Of a stretch of DNA of 46,178 nucleotides, positions 22,201-33,300 are shown in pieces. Source of the DNA: Macrostomum lignano (taxonomy: Eukaryota); the NCBI GenBank assembly GCA_002269645.1, contig NIVC01004431.1, positions 1 through 46,178 of the forward strand, in the 5' to 3' direction. Both the position numbers and the translations under genes were made by a program. Each line of letters opens with the position of its first letter. Position 1 is the first letter of the stretch. The notes beneath the pieces are model-generated. The model was given only the letters and a program-made list of their open reading frames with translations. It did no database searches and had not been told where the DNA came from.

Positions 22201-23357
22201 GAACTGACAAGCAGAGCAAAAACGTCTTGAATTAAAATCTCCAGAGATTCATTCAATATGACGACTACAATTTCCTCACTGAACTGGTCAGCAAAGCTCC
22301 AGACTTTACGAGGCCGGCTGAGGACTGTAAATAGCAGCATGTAAGTTCCTCTCTTGCAGGGCATTGCTGCTCTCAGCTTTCGCTTTGCCCTTTTCTGCTT
22401 AAACTTATTCCATTGCGACTTGCAGCAGTCCGATGAGCGAAAACTTGACATTCGAGATGCAAGATCAGCGCGACTGCGTCAACCTGTATGCGGTGAAGAA
22501 GTTCATCGAACACTGCGGCTGTCTGCCCTCGTTTCTTCCTGTTCCGGTGCAGCTCTTCCAGAACTACACCTACTGCTTCAACCAGACAGACATGGAGAGC
22601 ATCAAGAGGATGGAGAAGTGTTACACAGAGCGAATGAGCTCAATATCGCGTTACGAAATGGAAGCCCGCCAGGTCTGCCTAACGATGTGCAACACTCGCT
22701 TCTACACTTTCCGACCCATCACCTACCCGTGGCCCGGCCTGACCATCGAGACAGCGGTGGACTTCATGCAGAACAGCCAAGGGGACTGGTCCTACCCCTA
22801 CAACTTCCTGTTCTCCAAAGGCATCGCGAATCTGTTCTACCTGGACATCCGGAGTAGCGAAATGTACAACCGCTCAACGATGCTCTCGGCCTCTGAGCTG
22901 CTCGATTTTAGAAACAAGCTGGAAGTTTTGCAGGAGAGCCTGGTCAAGGTGTCAATCAAGCCGGTCAGCGACTTCGGACAGGAGATGACGGAAGAGCCTT
23001 CTTACACCATCAAGAATCTGCTGGCCGACCTTGGCGGTGAGCATTTCAAAGCTACCGTGTTATGCTGTCATTTGCAGTTCCGAACAATGGCTAATATGTA
23101 AGCATTTTTTAGGCGCTCTCGGTCTCTGGTCCGGCATCTCAGTTCTCACCGCGTGTGAGCTGATTGAGCTGCTGGTCTACCTGGTGGCAGCGACTCGACG
23201 TACAGAGCAGCCCACCCAGCCGTCAGGGCCTGCGACTGGCAACGCTGAGCAGCAAGACAGCGGCGAGATGAAAGCTGACGACTCAGCCACTGAGGTTGAA
23301 ATGACAGACAAAATGACAGACATTGCAGCACCTGAGGTCTCCATCTCGGTTCCTTGA
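13253..23357 (+). CDS. DEG/ENaC channel paralogue B with a kringle[WSC]-kringle extracellular insert; 11 exons, 1038 aa
   Basis: Exons 13253-13739, 15390-15719, 16527-16838, 17237-17359, 18202-18405, 18837-18975, 19677-19771, 20229-20593, 21957-22162, 22426-23036 and 23113-23357 join in frame (3117 nt). Motifs: EFCNYTTAHG (HG), TM1, FPDVYFC, GCSFGNQAC...GLCHRFN, thumb cysteines, [16 protein letters not shown] (TM2). Confidence 0.9.
13958..14483. mobile_element. MITE, PIF/Harbinger-like, in intron 1 of gene B
   Basis: Terminal inverted repeats GGGGGT(G/C)TTTCTCGAAA, 3-bp direct repeat CAG on both sides, many internal CGTAAG/CTTACG motifs, no coding capacity. Confidence 0.7.
15390..15719 (+). 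CDS. Gene B exon 2: N-terminal half of kringle 1
   Basis: C...GEEYRG..S...CIGW...SCRQP matches kringle C1-YRG-C2W-C3RNP; phase 1-1 exon. Confidence 0.75.
16527..16838 (+). CDS. Gene B exon 3: WSC domain
   Basis: YVGC...CAECCYNAAYSYMSL...CYCGN...CGVRCPGDAKEICGG..ALSVY; phase 1-1 exon. Confidence 0.9.
17237..17359 (+). CDS. Gene B exon 4: C-terminal half of kringle 1
   Basis: DPKPLFIPFSPALDSLRVGPYCFYRAAGGRLGATYCNVPYC matches kringle PWC...YCxVPxC; not in the supplied ORF track. Confidence 0.8.
17561..17882 (-). mobile_element. SINE family A copy (intron 4 of gene B)
   Basis: Aligns by eye with 12239-12595 over most of its length. Confidence 0.8.
18202..19771 (+). CDS. Gene B exons 5-7: kringle 2
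   Basis: FDC...YTGHRSKTKTRDNCLNW (18202-18405), GNFCR (18837-18975), PVCFV...GACRVDAC (19677-19771): six cysteines in kringle spacing. Confidence 0.75.
19250..19545 (-). mobile_element. SINE family B copy (intron 6 of gene B)
   Basis: Reverse complement of 5551-5860 with (TTA)n tail. Confidence 0.78.
19955..20145 (-). mobile_element. Degenerate SINE, family A-related
   Basis: Shares CCCTGAGCA..CACAC.CTCACACAGG.TG.ACAGC.GCCCT and a tRNA-like head; more diverged than other copies. Confidence 0.45.
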
Positions 23358-24209
23358 GAGCGCCTAACGAACAGCAGTTAATAACTAACGGAACAGCAAA
23401 TACTTGAGGTTAACTTGAGGTCTCGTGCTGATCAGGATTGCATCGTTTAAAATGCGGATTTTTTAGAATGGTAAAAAATCGTCGAATTTATATTTTTTGC
23501 TGATACAAGCTGATTCAAAAGCAACCTTGCTTTTATTTTTAATAGAGTTTGAATTATTGCCATAATATTATACGAGCGTACCTTTGTCTAGACCTGATAC
23601 AGTTGCAGTGCTTTAATGATAAATGTCTATTTGTCCCATATCCTCAGTGTATTTCTGCCTAGCAAAACTACCCCAGTTGTGACTGCTTTTTCAGCTTGAA
23701 TGCCACAGAGAACCAATAGTTTTTTTTTTTTTTTTGAATTGTATTTCTTGCTCTATTCGCGCTGTTGCAAGTTAGTTTACTAAATCATTGTATTTACCAT
23801 CGCCGTTGTGTAGCCCTTGCTGTCAGGATTTTGGTCTCTCTCTCTCATCATGAGCTCCAGGTATTGCCTCGATATTATATTCTTTTTCTCCACGTACTTT
23901 TTTGCAATACATAGTAACGTTACTTTAATATCAGACCAGATTTTATCATTGGTGGAACCTTTGGCATTGCGAGAAATGCTGACTAGATCGCAGAACTCAA
24001 ATAACGTCAAAGGTTGAGTTTCGAACACGGTTTTATTGCTTTAGCTAAATTTTGGAGCTTTCGTCCAGTGAGTGATTCCATCCGGTGAGTCGTTTCGTCC
24101 GGAGATAGGGCCAAGCGCGACCTCAGGGCGGCACTGGTTCGCGCTGCAGCGTTGCCGGAGATCCTGCACTGCACAATCGAATTGACTGCTCAAACCATTT
24201 GCAGGTGGC

Positions 24210-24645
24210 ATGGTGGTGTGCGCTTGGTGGGGAATGTTCAGGAAGTCCAGCCTGCTGCCAGCGATTCGTGTTGACGTGTGCTGCGTTTGAGCTCACTGTC
24301 ACAGTACAAAGTACATGTAGGTCTGCTGCTTACTTCCTGGTTGGAAAACCAACCAGTCTGACTGGGACGCATAGCAGTGCACGCCCACATCCGCTGCAGT
24401 TGTCTGAGGCTGTCGCAGCAGGGTCTGTTTTATTTCACCAATTGCTAATCAGAACACCAGGCTTTGACGTCTTGCAAACTCAGCTAAAATCCTGGCTCGG
24501 CAAGGTGGGCATCAGTGCGGCCGGGTACTCAGTGCACGGCTTGCAAAGAGCTTCGGATACTTGGGCAGCCCGGGCCGGACTGAATGTCCACCAGTCGCCC
24601 GTCCTGCGCATGGCAGCTGGCGCAGCGATGGGGTGAACTGCTGAT
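24210..24645 (+). mobile_element. Degenerate tyrosine recombinase remnant (DIRS/Ngaro-type retroelement)
   Basis: Across frames: AWWGMFRKSSLLP (box I Arg), KTNQ, YSVHGLQR..TWAARAGL (box II), HGSWRSDG; interrupted by stops and frameshifts. Confidence 0.65.
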
Positions 24646-25870
24646 ACCTTTTTAAAACGATGCGGCGTTTTTTGCAGCTCAAAAATTGGAAGCTTCGGTG
24701 CTGGCGCTGTTTCGAATAGTTATTTTTCTTTACTCAATTGCCAGAGACTCTTGCTATTTTTTTATTTTTGCTCGCGGTTTTTGTCTTGGCTTTAGGAGGG
24801 AAATGTGCCCTTGTTTCTGTTTTTGCTAGTTCTTTGTTCTGTCCCCGTTCTGCTTTTTTTGCGGGTGGCTGTGGAGACTTATACGTCTTAATTTTTTGGA
24901 GACTTATATACGATAAAACAACAAAAACAAAAACAAAATACGCTGTCATAGGGTATTAATTAAATCAATAGCAGCGTCACAGGCCGTGACCCAGTGCTAG
25001 AGCTCGAACAATGACCGCCCCAGCCGACCGAATCCTGGGTGTCTACAACATTAGCAGCAGCTCTTGCACTGGCCGAGGGTTGTACAACTGGTGTCGTGAC
25101 GGTAACTCACTGGATGTTGATCTTGAAGGCGGTGTGTCAGCTTGCTGTTCTCGGCGTTGTACATCAGGACGGTCTCGATCAACGCCTGGAACAGCGCCGC
25201 TCTCTACTGGGAATCAAACAGACGAGCTAGACATACTGCTGACAGAAGTTCCGTCGCCCTTATGTCAGCCAGACAGGATCAATTCAATGTCAATGTGAGC
25301 AACCCTGTGACTGAAAGAGCAAGTCATTTTCTAGAAAAAAAACTCAATTAGTAAATATGCTACAAAAACGGATTTTCGCAGCACTTCATCATTTGAAGAG
25401 ACCGTCGATCAAGTAGTTAGTTCAAGTTTTTGAGTACCCTTAGTTCGATGCTGTGCTCAAACAATCTTTACTGACGTTCTCCGACACTATTGCAAGAAAA
25501 ATCTCGAGTTGCAAGTTTTCATCAGAATGATTGATTATTCATTCAACATGAATTACTTTATGTTGATACGCAGTTTATACAGACTAATTCCACGGTCGGA
25601 GCACGAAGCCAGAGAGACGCGAACTTGGGGGAATGAGGCACGCAGACGAGCAAAAGAGCCCCAAAGACTTGGGACAATAAAACGATTTATTGAGTTAAAC
25701 AAGCGATCGGAAATAAACTTATAGATAAGCGCGACGGAGGGGGCGCGACGGAGGGACAGAGAGTACGCACGGAGTACAAAGCGGCCAGAGCAGGGGGGAG
25801 AGCGCAAAGGAGCGGACCCCGTAAAGGCTCACGCTTACGGGCAATTACCACCGGACCACCAGTGGACCAC

Positions 25871-26110
25871 GGGAGCCCAGTGGTCTAGCGCGGAGCTCTG
25901 ATGTGCCAGCGGCTCAGGCTCGATTCCAAGTGCAGTCACATTAATTTGGTGCTAAATTGGAATCTCGGCTTGGGACAACTCGTGCAATTAACGCCAACTG
26001 AGGCCCAACCCCCAAGGCACAGTGAAGTGTACATGCCTAACGATTAATAAAGTTAGGGCCGCTGTACACTCCTGTGTGAGGGTGTGCCTGTGCTTATGAC
26101 TGCGTACGAA
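25871..26110 (+). mobile_element. SINE family A copy, 3' truncated
   Basis: A/B-box head and body match 29583-29943. Confidence 0.78.
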
Positions 26111-26239
26111 TCGATGATCTGTTAAAGATGCAGCCGGAGCTTGATACTGTCTCATTGCGACACAGCCTGCAGTAGTTGCCTGAATATCCATCACCAGTAG
26201 CTTCTGAGCCTCTATATGGTATACTTCGATCTTTATCTA

Positions 26240-27000
26240 CTACCTATATCTCCATCTAGTACCTGTATCTCATTCTACTACTTGAATCTTTATCCAGTAC
26301 CTGAATCTCTATCTAGTACCTGAATCTTTATCCAGTACCTGAATCTTTATCCAGTACCTGAATCTCTATCTAGTACCTGAATCTTTATCCAGTACCTGAA
26401 TCTTTATCCAGTACCTGAATCTCTATCTAGTACCTGAATCTCTATCTAGTACCTGAATCCCTATCTACCACCTGAATCTCTATCTACAACCTGAGTCTCT
26501 ATCCAGTACCTAAATCTTTATCCAGTACCTGAATCTCTATCTACAACCTGAGTCTCTATCCAGTACCTAAATCTTTATCCAGTACCTGAATCTCTATCTA
26601 GTACCTGAATCCCTATCTACCACCTGAATCTCCATCTACAACCTGAGTCTCTATCCAGTACCTAAATCTTTATCCAGTACCTGAATCTCTATCTACAACC
26701 TGAGTCTCTATCCAGTACCTAAATCTTTATCCAGTACCTGAATCTCTATCTAGTACCTGAATCCCTATCTACCACCTGAATCCCCATCTACAACCTGAGT
26801 CTCTATCCAGTACCTAAATCTTTATCCAGTACCTGAATCTCTATCCAGTACCTAAATCTTTATCCAGTACCTGAATCTCTATCCAGTACCTAAATCTTTA
26901 TCCAGTACCTGAATCTCTATCCAGTACCTAGATCCCTATCTACTACCTGAATCCCTATCTACTACCTGAATCTCTATCTACAACCGGAGTCTCTATCCAG
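26240..27000. repeat. 19-bp minisatellite (AGTACCTGAATCTYTATCY)n
   Basis: About 40 tandem units with higher-order variant patterning; between the 3' ends of genes B and C. Confidence 0.95.
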
Positions 27001-27381
27001 CACTAGTGTAAACTATGAAGACAAGACGAATACTAAATTTGACTGTCGGGAAATAAAATAAAAAAGTCGACCGCATCGCAGCTCTTGAGTTTTTTTCTTA
27101 GACACACAAGACCAGCAAGAGCATCTGTTGACGTTTCGAACTTCTGAGCTCGAATTTCCAAGGAAAATATTGTCTCATAGTGCTCAACTTTTATAATCAA
27201 ACATTATCGAATGGCGATGAAGTAAGAAACAATTAGCATATTTCTTCAAAGCAAAGACATAAATTTTATCATTTAATATTGTAAATATTGATGGGTACAT
27301 AAATATACTAAGACTTACCATGGCTAAAACTATTACATGTTAATAAACAAAGCATTGACAGCATATTTAATTAATCATCAC

Positions 27382-30300
27382 TTAAACACAATCGGAAATC
27401 GAGACTGGGTTCTCGTGCTCACTCTGCCGGGGTGCGCCGTTCTCTGACACTTGGGTGTGACCGAGCTTCTGCTGCAGAGCGATGGCCAGGTACACCAACA
27501 GCTCTATCAGCTCGCATGCCGTCAGGACCGACACCCCGACCACAGACCGAGAGCACCTGGTGGATGGGGAACAGATGATGTCAATTTTTCCCCAGCCCTT
27601 GCATCAGAGCAAGTCACAGCGTAAAATTTTTAACCAAGCACAGATGACCTCGGCTACAGACACGTGCACACTGCGCCCTGGGGTCGTCCTTACGTGAATC
27701 GAAATTTTCGTGTACCAGACATTGGCATGGGAGTCTAAAGCGTAAACAACTGAGCCAAAACAGCCGGTCTAGTTATTGAGACATGAATATTTTGGGATAC
27801 CGTGACTGACTGACACAATTTGACTTCTATCAATTTGACTGCCGATGACATTTGACTACCCACGATTTAGGTCAGGTCTAGGGTTAGAATTGGGTCAGCA
27901 GTCAACTCGCTGCAGTCAATTGTCGTAGACTCATCCATTGTAAGGAGCTGAGTCACTTGATCTCTATTTGCCCATACATTTCCCAAACTAAATCTATACC
28001 AGGTGGCTTGGTGCAACTCTTCTGACTTACCGCCTAAATCAGCCAATAGGTTCTTGCTTGTGTACGAAGGCTCCTCCTTGATCTCCTGACCGTACAGACT
28101 CGAAGCCTGCACAGTAACTCTGACAAAGTTCTTTTCAATCAGACTGAGATTTTCTGTGAGCTCCTTGACGGCCGTTGCCTTGTTAATACTGCCGTCTACA
28201 GAGGTGTCCATCTGGCTCACCAGTCTGGAGAAATAGTTTAGTCCAAATAGAGTTGAAATTCCCTCGGAGCCGAGAAAGTTGTTCGGATAATTCCAATCGA
28301 AGAGGTGGCTCTGGAAGAAATCGTGAGCATTCAGCGTGGATATCTCTGGCCACCGATAGCTGGCCAGCTTCACAGAGTAGCTGCGAGTTTCGCACAGGGG
28401 GACGCAGGCTTGGCGAGCGCTTTTCTGCAGTGAGGCCAGCTGTTCAATCTGGCTCTGGTAGCACTGCTCCACTGAGCCAATGCCCTCTAGCGAGGTCACA
28501 TTGAAGCACTGCTTGACCTCGGGCGGGAACGCGCCCACTCGGACAGGCAGGAACAGCGGGAGGCAGCTGCAGTTCTCAAGGAATCGGCGCGCAACGAACT
28601 CGTCTATGCAGTCGTCCACAGTGCTGGCTGCGAATCGCATGGTCGGGCTGATTGCCGATCTGAAACGGGTTGAAGATTGGCTCAGTAATGAAAAATTCCA
28701 GGACATTTTTGGTTATAAATTTTTCTGAAATCGATCACATAGATTCGTATAGGACTAGTATATAGGACTAGCAAGCAGCGAAAATTCTTTACTTTTGACA
28801 CAAGATCGACCTAAATTTGCGATGCTTAACAAATCTCTTGATCGATTTTTGTTGACAACCGTTTGATTTTAGCTAGCAAAAGTAGCTGAATTAATATGCA
28901 AAGGGGATGTCAACTTAAGCACCAGAATGGAGCCCGAAGTTCAGCTCCGGCCCAAACCGACTGCAATCGATAACTTGTCGGCCCAGACGACTAGAATCGC
29001 CGAGACATCCCATCCGGCTCCCTTCCTTGGGGTCCCAGGGGATAAAGGGGATAAAATGGCGATTCTAGTCGTCTGGGCCGACAAGTTATCGATTGCAGTC
29101 GGTTTGGGCCGGAGCTGAACTTCGGGCTTCATTCTGGTGCTTAAGTTGACATCCCCTTTGTTTTTTAGAGTTTCTTTACAGCTATAGGGCGAGTATTTCA
29201 GTAGCTAAGTGAAAGCTCTAATATTTTAGAAGTCTACTTTTCAAAGACGCACCTTCCGTTGGTTTGTCCTTCGAGCATTTCACGAAGCAGATCCGTCCTC
29301 TCCATCCAATCGGAGGCTGATTGAAATGCTGTATAGTTCACATTCTCTCTGTAATTCGTTTTGTAGCATTTCTGGAGTAATCCTTTGGAAGTAGTTGAAA
29401 AATTGATATTGGCAGGAGGGCTGCAAGCCCCGACGTGGCACAACTCTATCGACGAATTGTACAGCCAGCGGGGAGGCAATTCTGCCATTCGCCAATACTG
29501 TACGCATAGGGTGTACACCCGCCCTGACTCTAATCGTCAGGTATGTGCACTATCTGTGGCCTGAACTTGATGACTGAGAGCAGGGGGGCCGTAGCCCAGC
29601 GGTCTAGCGCAGGTTCTGGTGTGCCAGCGACCCAGGCTCGATTCCAAGTGCAGTCACATTAATTTGGGGCTGAATTGGAATCTCGGCTTGGCTCTGCTCG
29701 TGCAATTAACGGCTTTGACAGCCAACCCCCCAAGGCGCAGTGAAGTGTACATGCCTAACGATAATATAAAGTTAGGGCCGCTGTACACTCCTGTGTGAGT
29801 GTGTGCCTGCGTACGTATCCGCGCGCTTGTATGCCTGCTCAGGGGAGTCGGCGGAATGGGCAGTAATGCCTCTCGCCGGTTGTGTGCCTATGTCGCTTAA
29901 AGTGCGCCAGGGTGCACAAAATCCCCTGCCTCTAATAAAAAAAAGATGATCGAGAGCAATTGGCACCGCAGCTCACCTTCTATTCTTATCAAACAGCCGA
30001 AGCGAGGACTTCCAATTCGGCAGAACGTATTCCACAGGCTGGGCCGAGGCAGCGCATTCTTTATCGGTCAGCTTCGAGTATCGAACGGTTCGATCGTATC
30101 GGATCATGAGCCTCATGTGCTGGCCAGGACCCACGGTGACTGTGTCTTGAGGCCTGGGATATTGCCCCGGTGGCACTATAATCACCTGTAGATATAGAAA
30201 TAGTTGTGCTATTGACTGGATTTTACTGGGGATTGAGCTTAATAATGTCAGGTTTCTTGCATGCAGCAGTAGTCTTTCTATTATTGCTTTCATTTCAGCT

Positions 30301-33300
30301 CACTTGTCCCAACGGGTCAACAAAGAAGTAAAAGAAAATTAAAATGACCCGCAATTTGTTCATTTTGAATAGTCCTTGATAAAAATGACCTGACTACATC
30401 CTGGGTTATATCGAAGATAAATGTGTTTAAAAGTTTTTTGAATTTTACTGACCTTCATCGCTACTTTCTCGTCAGCTTCCAGTGCCCAGTGCGAAAGCGC
30501 GTTAGTCAGGAGTTTCGTGCCAGCGAACTGGCGGCCGCGACTGTCCGTCGCATCCGTGAAGTAGTTAATCACGAGTTCTGTGTCGTCGACATTAGAAGAT
30601 TCTGAGTTAATTAACCTGGCTCCGCCCTGATTGAACCGATGGCAGACGCCCAGATTCGGATGATGCAGTGTTGTGAAGTTTTCCATGCGGCAGCGGCGAC
30701 GACCGAGGCGGCAACCGCTGAGTCCGATGCCCAGATTGCTGCCGAACCTGCTGAGTAGCAGCTCAGCTCCAACTCGGCTCATTACAACAGAATACTGACA
30801 GCCGAGAACATTGTCTGCATAAATAGTTTTTAATGGAACATTAAGTCTGAAAGCTATCTTAGCCCAACCTAAACTCACTACGGAGAATGTCTTAGGCTAC
30901 CTTAGAATTTCCTAAATCGAAGTCTTCCTGCCTAAAAGTGCAAGAAACTGCTAAAAGCGCATTTTTAGCTACGAGACGACAGAGAGCAGAAATGGGAGAC
31001 AAGAGAGGAGAGGAGAAGAGATGAGACGAGAGAGAGAGGAGAGAGAAGACGGGAGAGAGAAACGAGAAGAGAGTGGAGAGATTAGAGAGGAGAGAGGAGA
31101 GATCGTTTCAAAAGCCCCAAATTATAATGTTGTACACCGATCCGAATCCAATGTACTTTTATTTTCAGTCGTTGCCCCAGCGTTTAATTTATTTGTCTGT
31201 GTCCCAAGCAGCTACCGACTGACTCTATTAAGGCTTGCCTCGACTTATATCGTTTTAAACAAAATATAAATGCAACTTAAGCCACGCTCTTCGGCTCAAC
31301 GCAGTGTCAACGCATAAAATGCAACATTCAATTTACCAAAATTTACTCTAAGCTTTTTTACCTCTATCCTAACTTAACGACTACTAGACACTAAGTGTTC
31401 GTAGTGGTCCTTGTTCTAACTACTCGTTTTCACAAGTTTTTGTCGTAGCATGGCTTCAGATTTAAGATATAAAGAAAAACAAAAACATTAGAAATAGTAG
31501 AAATACTTTAGAAATAGTTCCGGGGATTGAAATTCAAGCAGGTAAAATACCCGCGGGTTTCAACAGCTTGTCTTTTATAAGATCCCGGGGTTTACGCTCT
31601 GTCCCGCTAAAAAAAGCAATGACAGCTGCTGACTGGCCTTGCAGCAACCCTCCTGGCTTACAGCAGAGCGGAATGCTGCAGTGTCCGATGCGGGCCTCGC
31701 CAGACTTTGCATAGGCGCAAGCAGCGCTGGAGAACTCGTGGATCTTGCGGCTGAAATGAAAAAATACAACTTCTGCTTAACGATATTTAACAGATGCACG
31801 GTGGGGATCGACTCCCTCGTTAGGCCGGTTCGATTCTGTGTGGGTGTTAGCAAAGCCGTGGTTGCACAAAGCCAGCCGTGATCCTGCCTCCCCGGTGTTG
31901 AGAATGCGGAGCACTTCATCTGTGAATGCCCGGTCTTTACTCAGGACAGGCTCACCTACTTCGGCCCAAACTCGTACCCTTGGAAATTTTCAGGCCCAAG
32001 AATCTCTGCCAGCTCGTCCGCTACCTAAGGGCTACCGGGCGAGCGACCATCCCCTTCCTGGACTCTCCGAAGGGGAACCACGCTGCTGTCACCGGCACCT
32101 CCGGATCTCCCTGCACGAGCTGCCCGTGGTCCCCAGGGGTTAGCGGAATGGGCGTCGACGCCTCCCCGCTGCATCCAGATGCCCACAGCCACCTGCGTCT
32201 GAGTCAAGTCCAACGACCATGCTCGAAGTTTTTATTAGAGGCAGGGGGCTTTGTGCACGATAACACACTTTAGGCGACATTGTCACACAACCGGCAAGAG
32301 ATTACTGCCATTCCGCCGACTCCCTGAGCAGGCACACAAGCGTGTGGATACGTACGCAGTCATACGCACAGGCACACACTCACACAGGAGTGTACAGTGG
32401 CCCAGACTTTATTTATCGTCAGGCATGTACACTTCATTGTGCTTTGGGGGTTGGCCCTCAAGGGCGTCAATTGCAGGAGCAGACCCGAGCTAAGATTTCA
32501 GTTAAGTCCCAGATAAATGTGAAATTTGAAATCGAGCCTGGGCTATAGAATTTGTATAGACATGAATACGCCGAATAAAAAAATCAACTTATATCACCCA
32601 TCGATCGAAATGAGTTTGGCTGAAGCTGCAACCATTTTCTACATTGTTGTTTGACCCAAAACTTGTCTGGACAGGGTCCTGGGATTTGCTGTCTATTTTA
32701 ATATAGTCTGTGGACTGTAACATAGTTTGGAAGACTTTGAAATCACATGTAAGAGTACATCCCCAACTCGCATGTAAGAGTACACTCCCGACTCACATGT
32801 AAGAGTACACTCCCGACTCACATGAAAGAGTACATCCCCAACTCACATGTAAGAGTACATCCCCAACTCACATGTAAGAGTACACTCCCGACTCACATGA
32901 AAGAGTACATCCCCAACTCACATGTAAGAGTACACTCCCGACTCACATGTAAGAGTACACTCCCGACTCACATGTAAGAGTACACTCCCGACTCACATGT
33001 AAGAGTACACTCCCAACTCACATGTAAGAGTACACTCCCGACTCACATGTAAGAGTACACTCCCGACTCACATGTAAGAGTACACTCCCGACTCACATGT
33101 AAGAGTACACTCCCAACTCACATGTAAGAGTACACTCCCGACTCACATGTAAGAGTACACTCCCGACTCACATGTAAGAGTACACTCCCGACTCACATGT
33201 AAGAGTACACTCCCGACTCACATGTAAGAGTACACTCCCGACTCACATGTAAGAGTACACCTCCGACTCAAACTCGTAGACAATCAAGTCAGCGACCAGG

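Noticed and set aside
25560-25860. LTR-like purine-rich segment with a minus-strand AATAAA
   Set aside because: No definable ends or TSD.
31790-31930. Candidate exon 6 of gene C (DEVLRILNTGEAGSRLALCNHG...)
   Set aside because: It overlaps the LINE zinc-knuckle remnant on the other strand and lacks a phase-2 donor; about 32707-32562 aligns better with gene B.
32747-33268. Regular 25-bp repeats resembling a CRISPR array (likewise the 24-, 30- and 34-bp arrays)
   Set aside because: Units are head-to-tail with no unique spacers, lie in spliceosomal introns and have no cas genes nearby; they are minisatellites.
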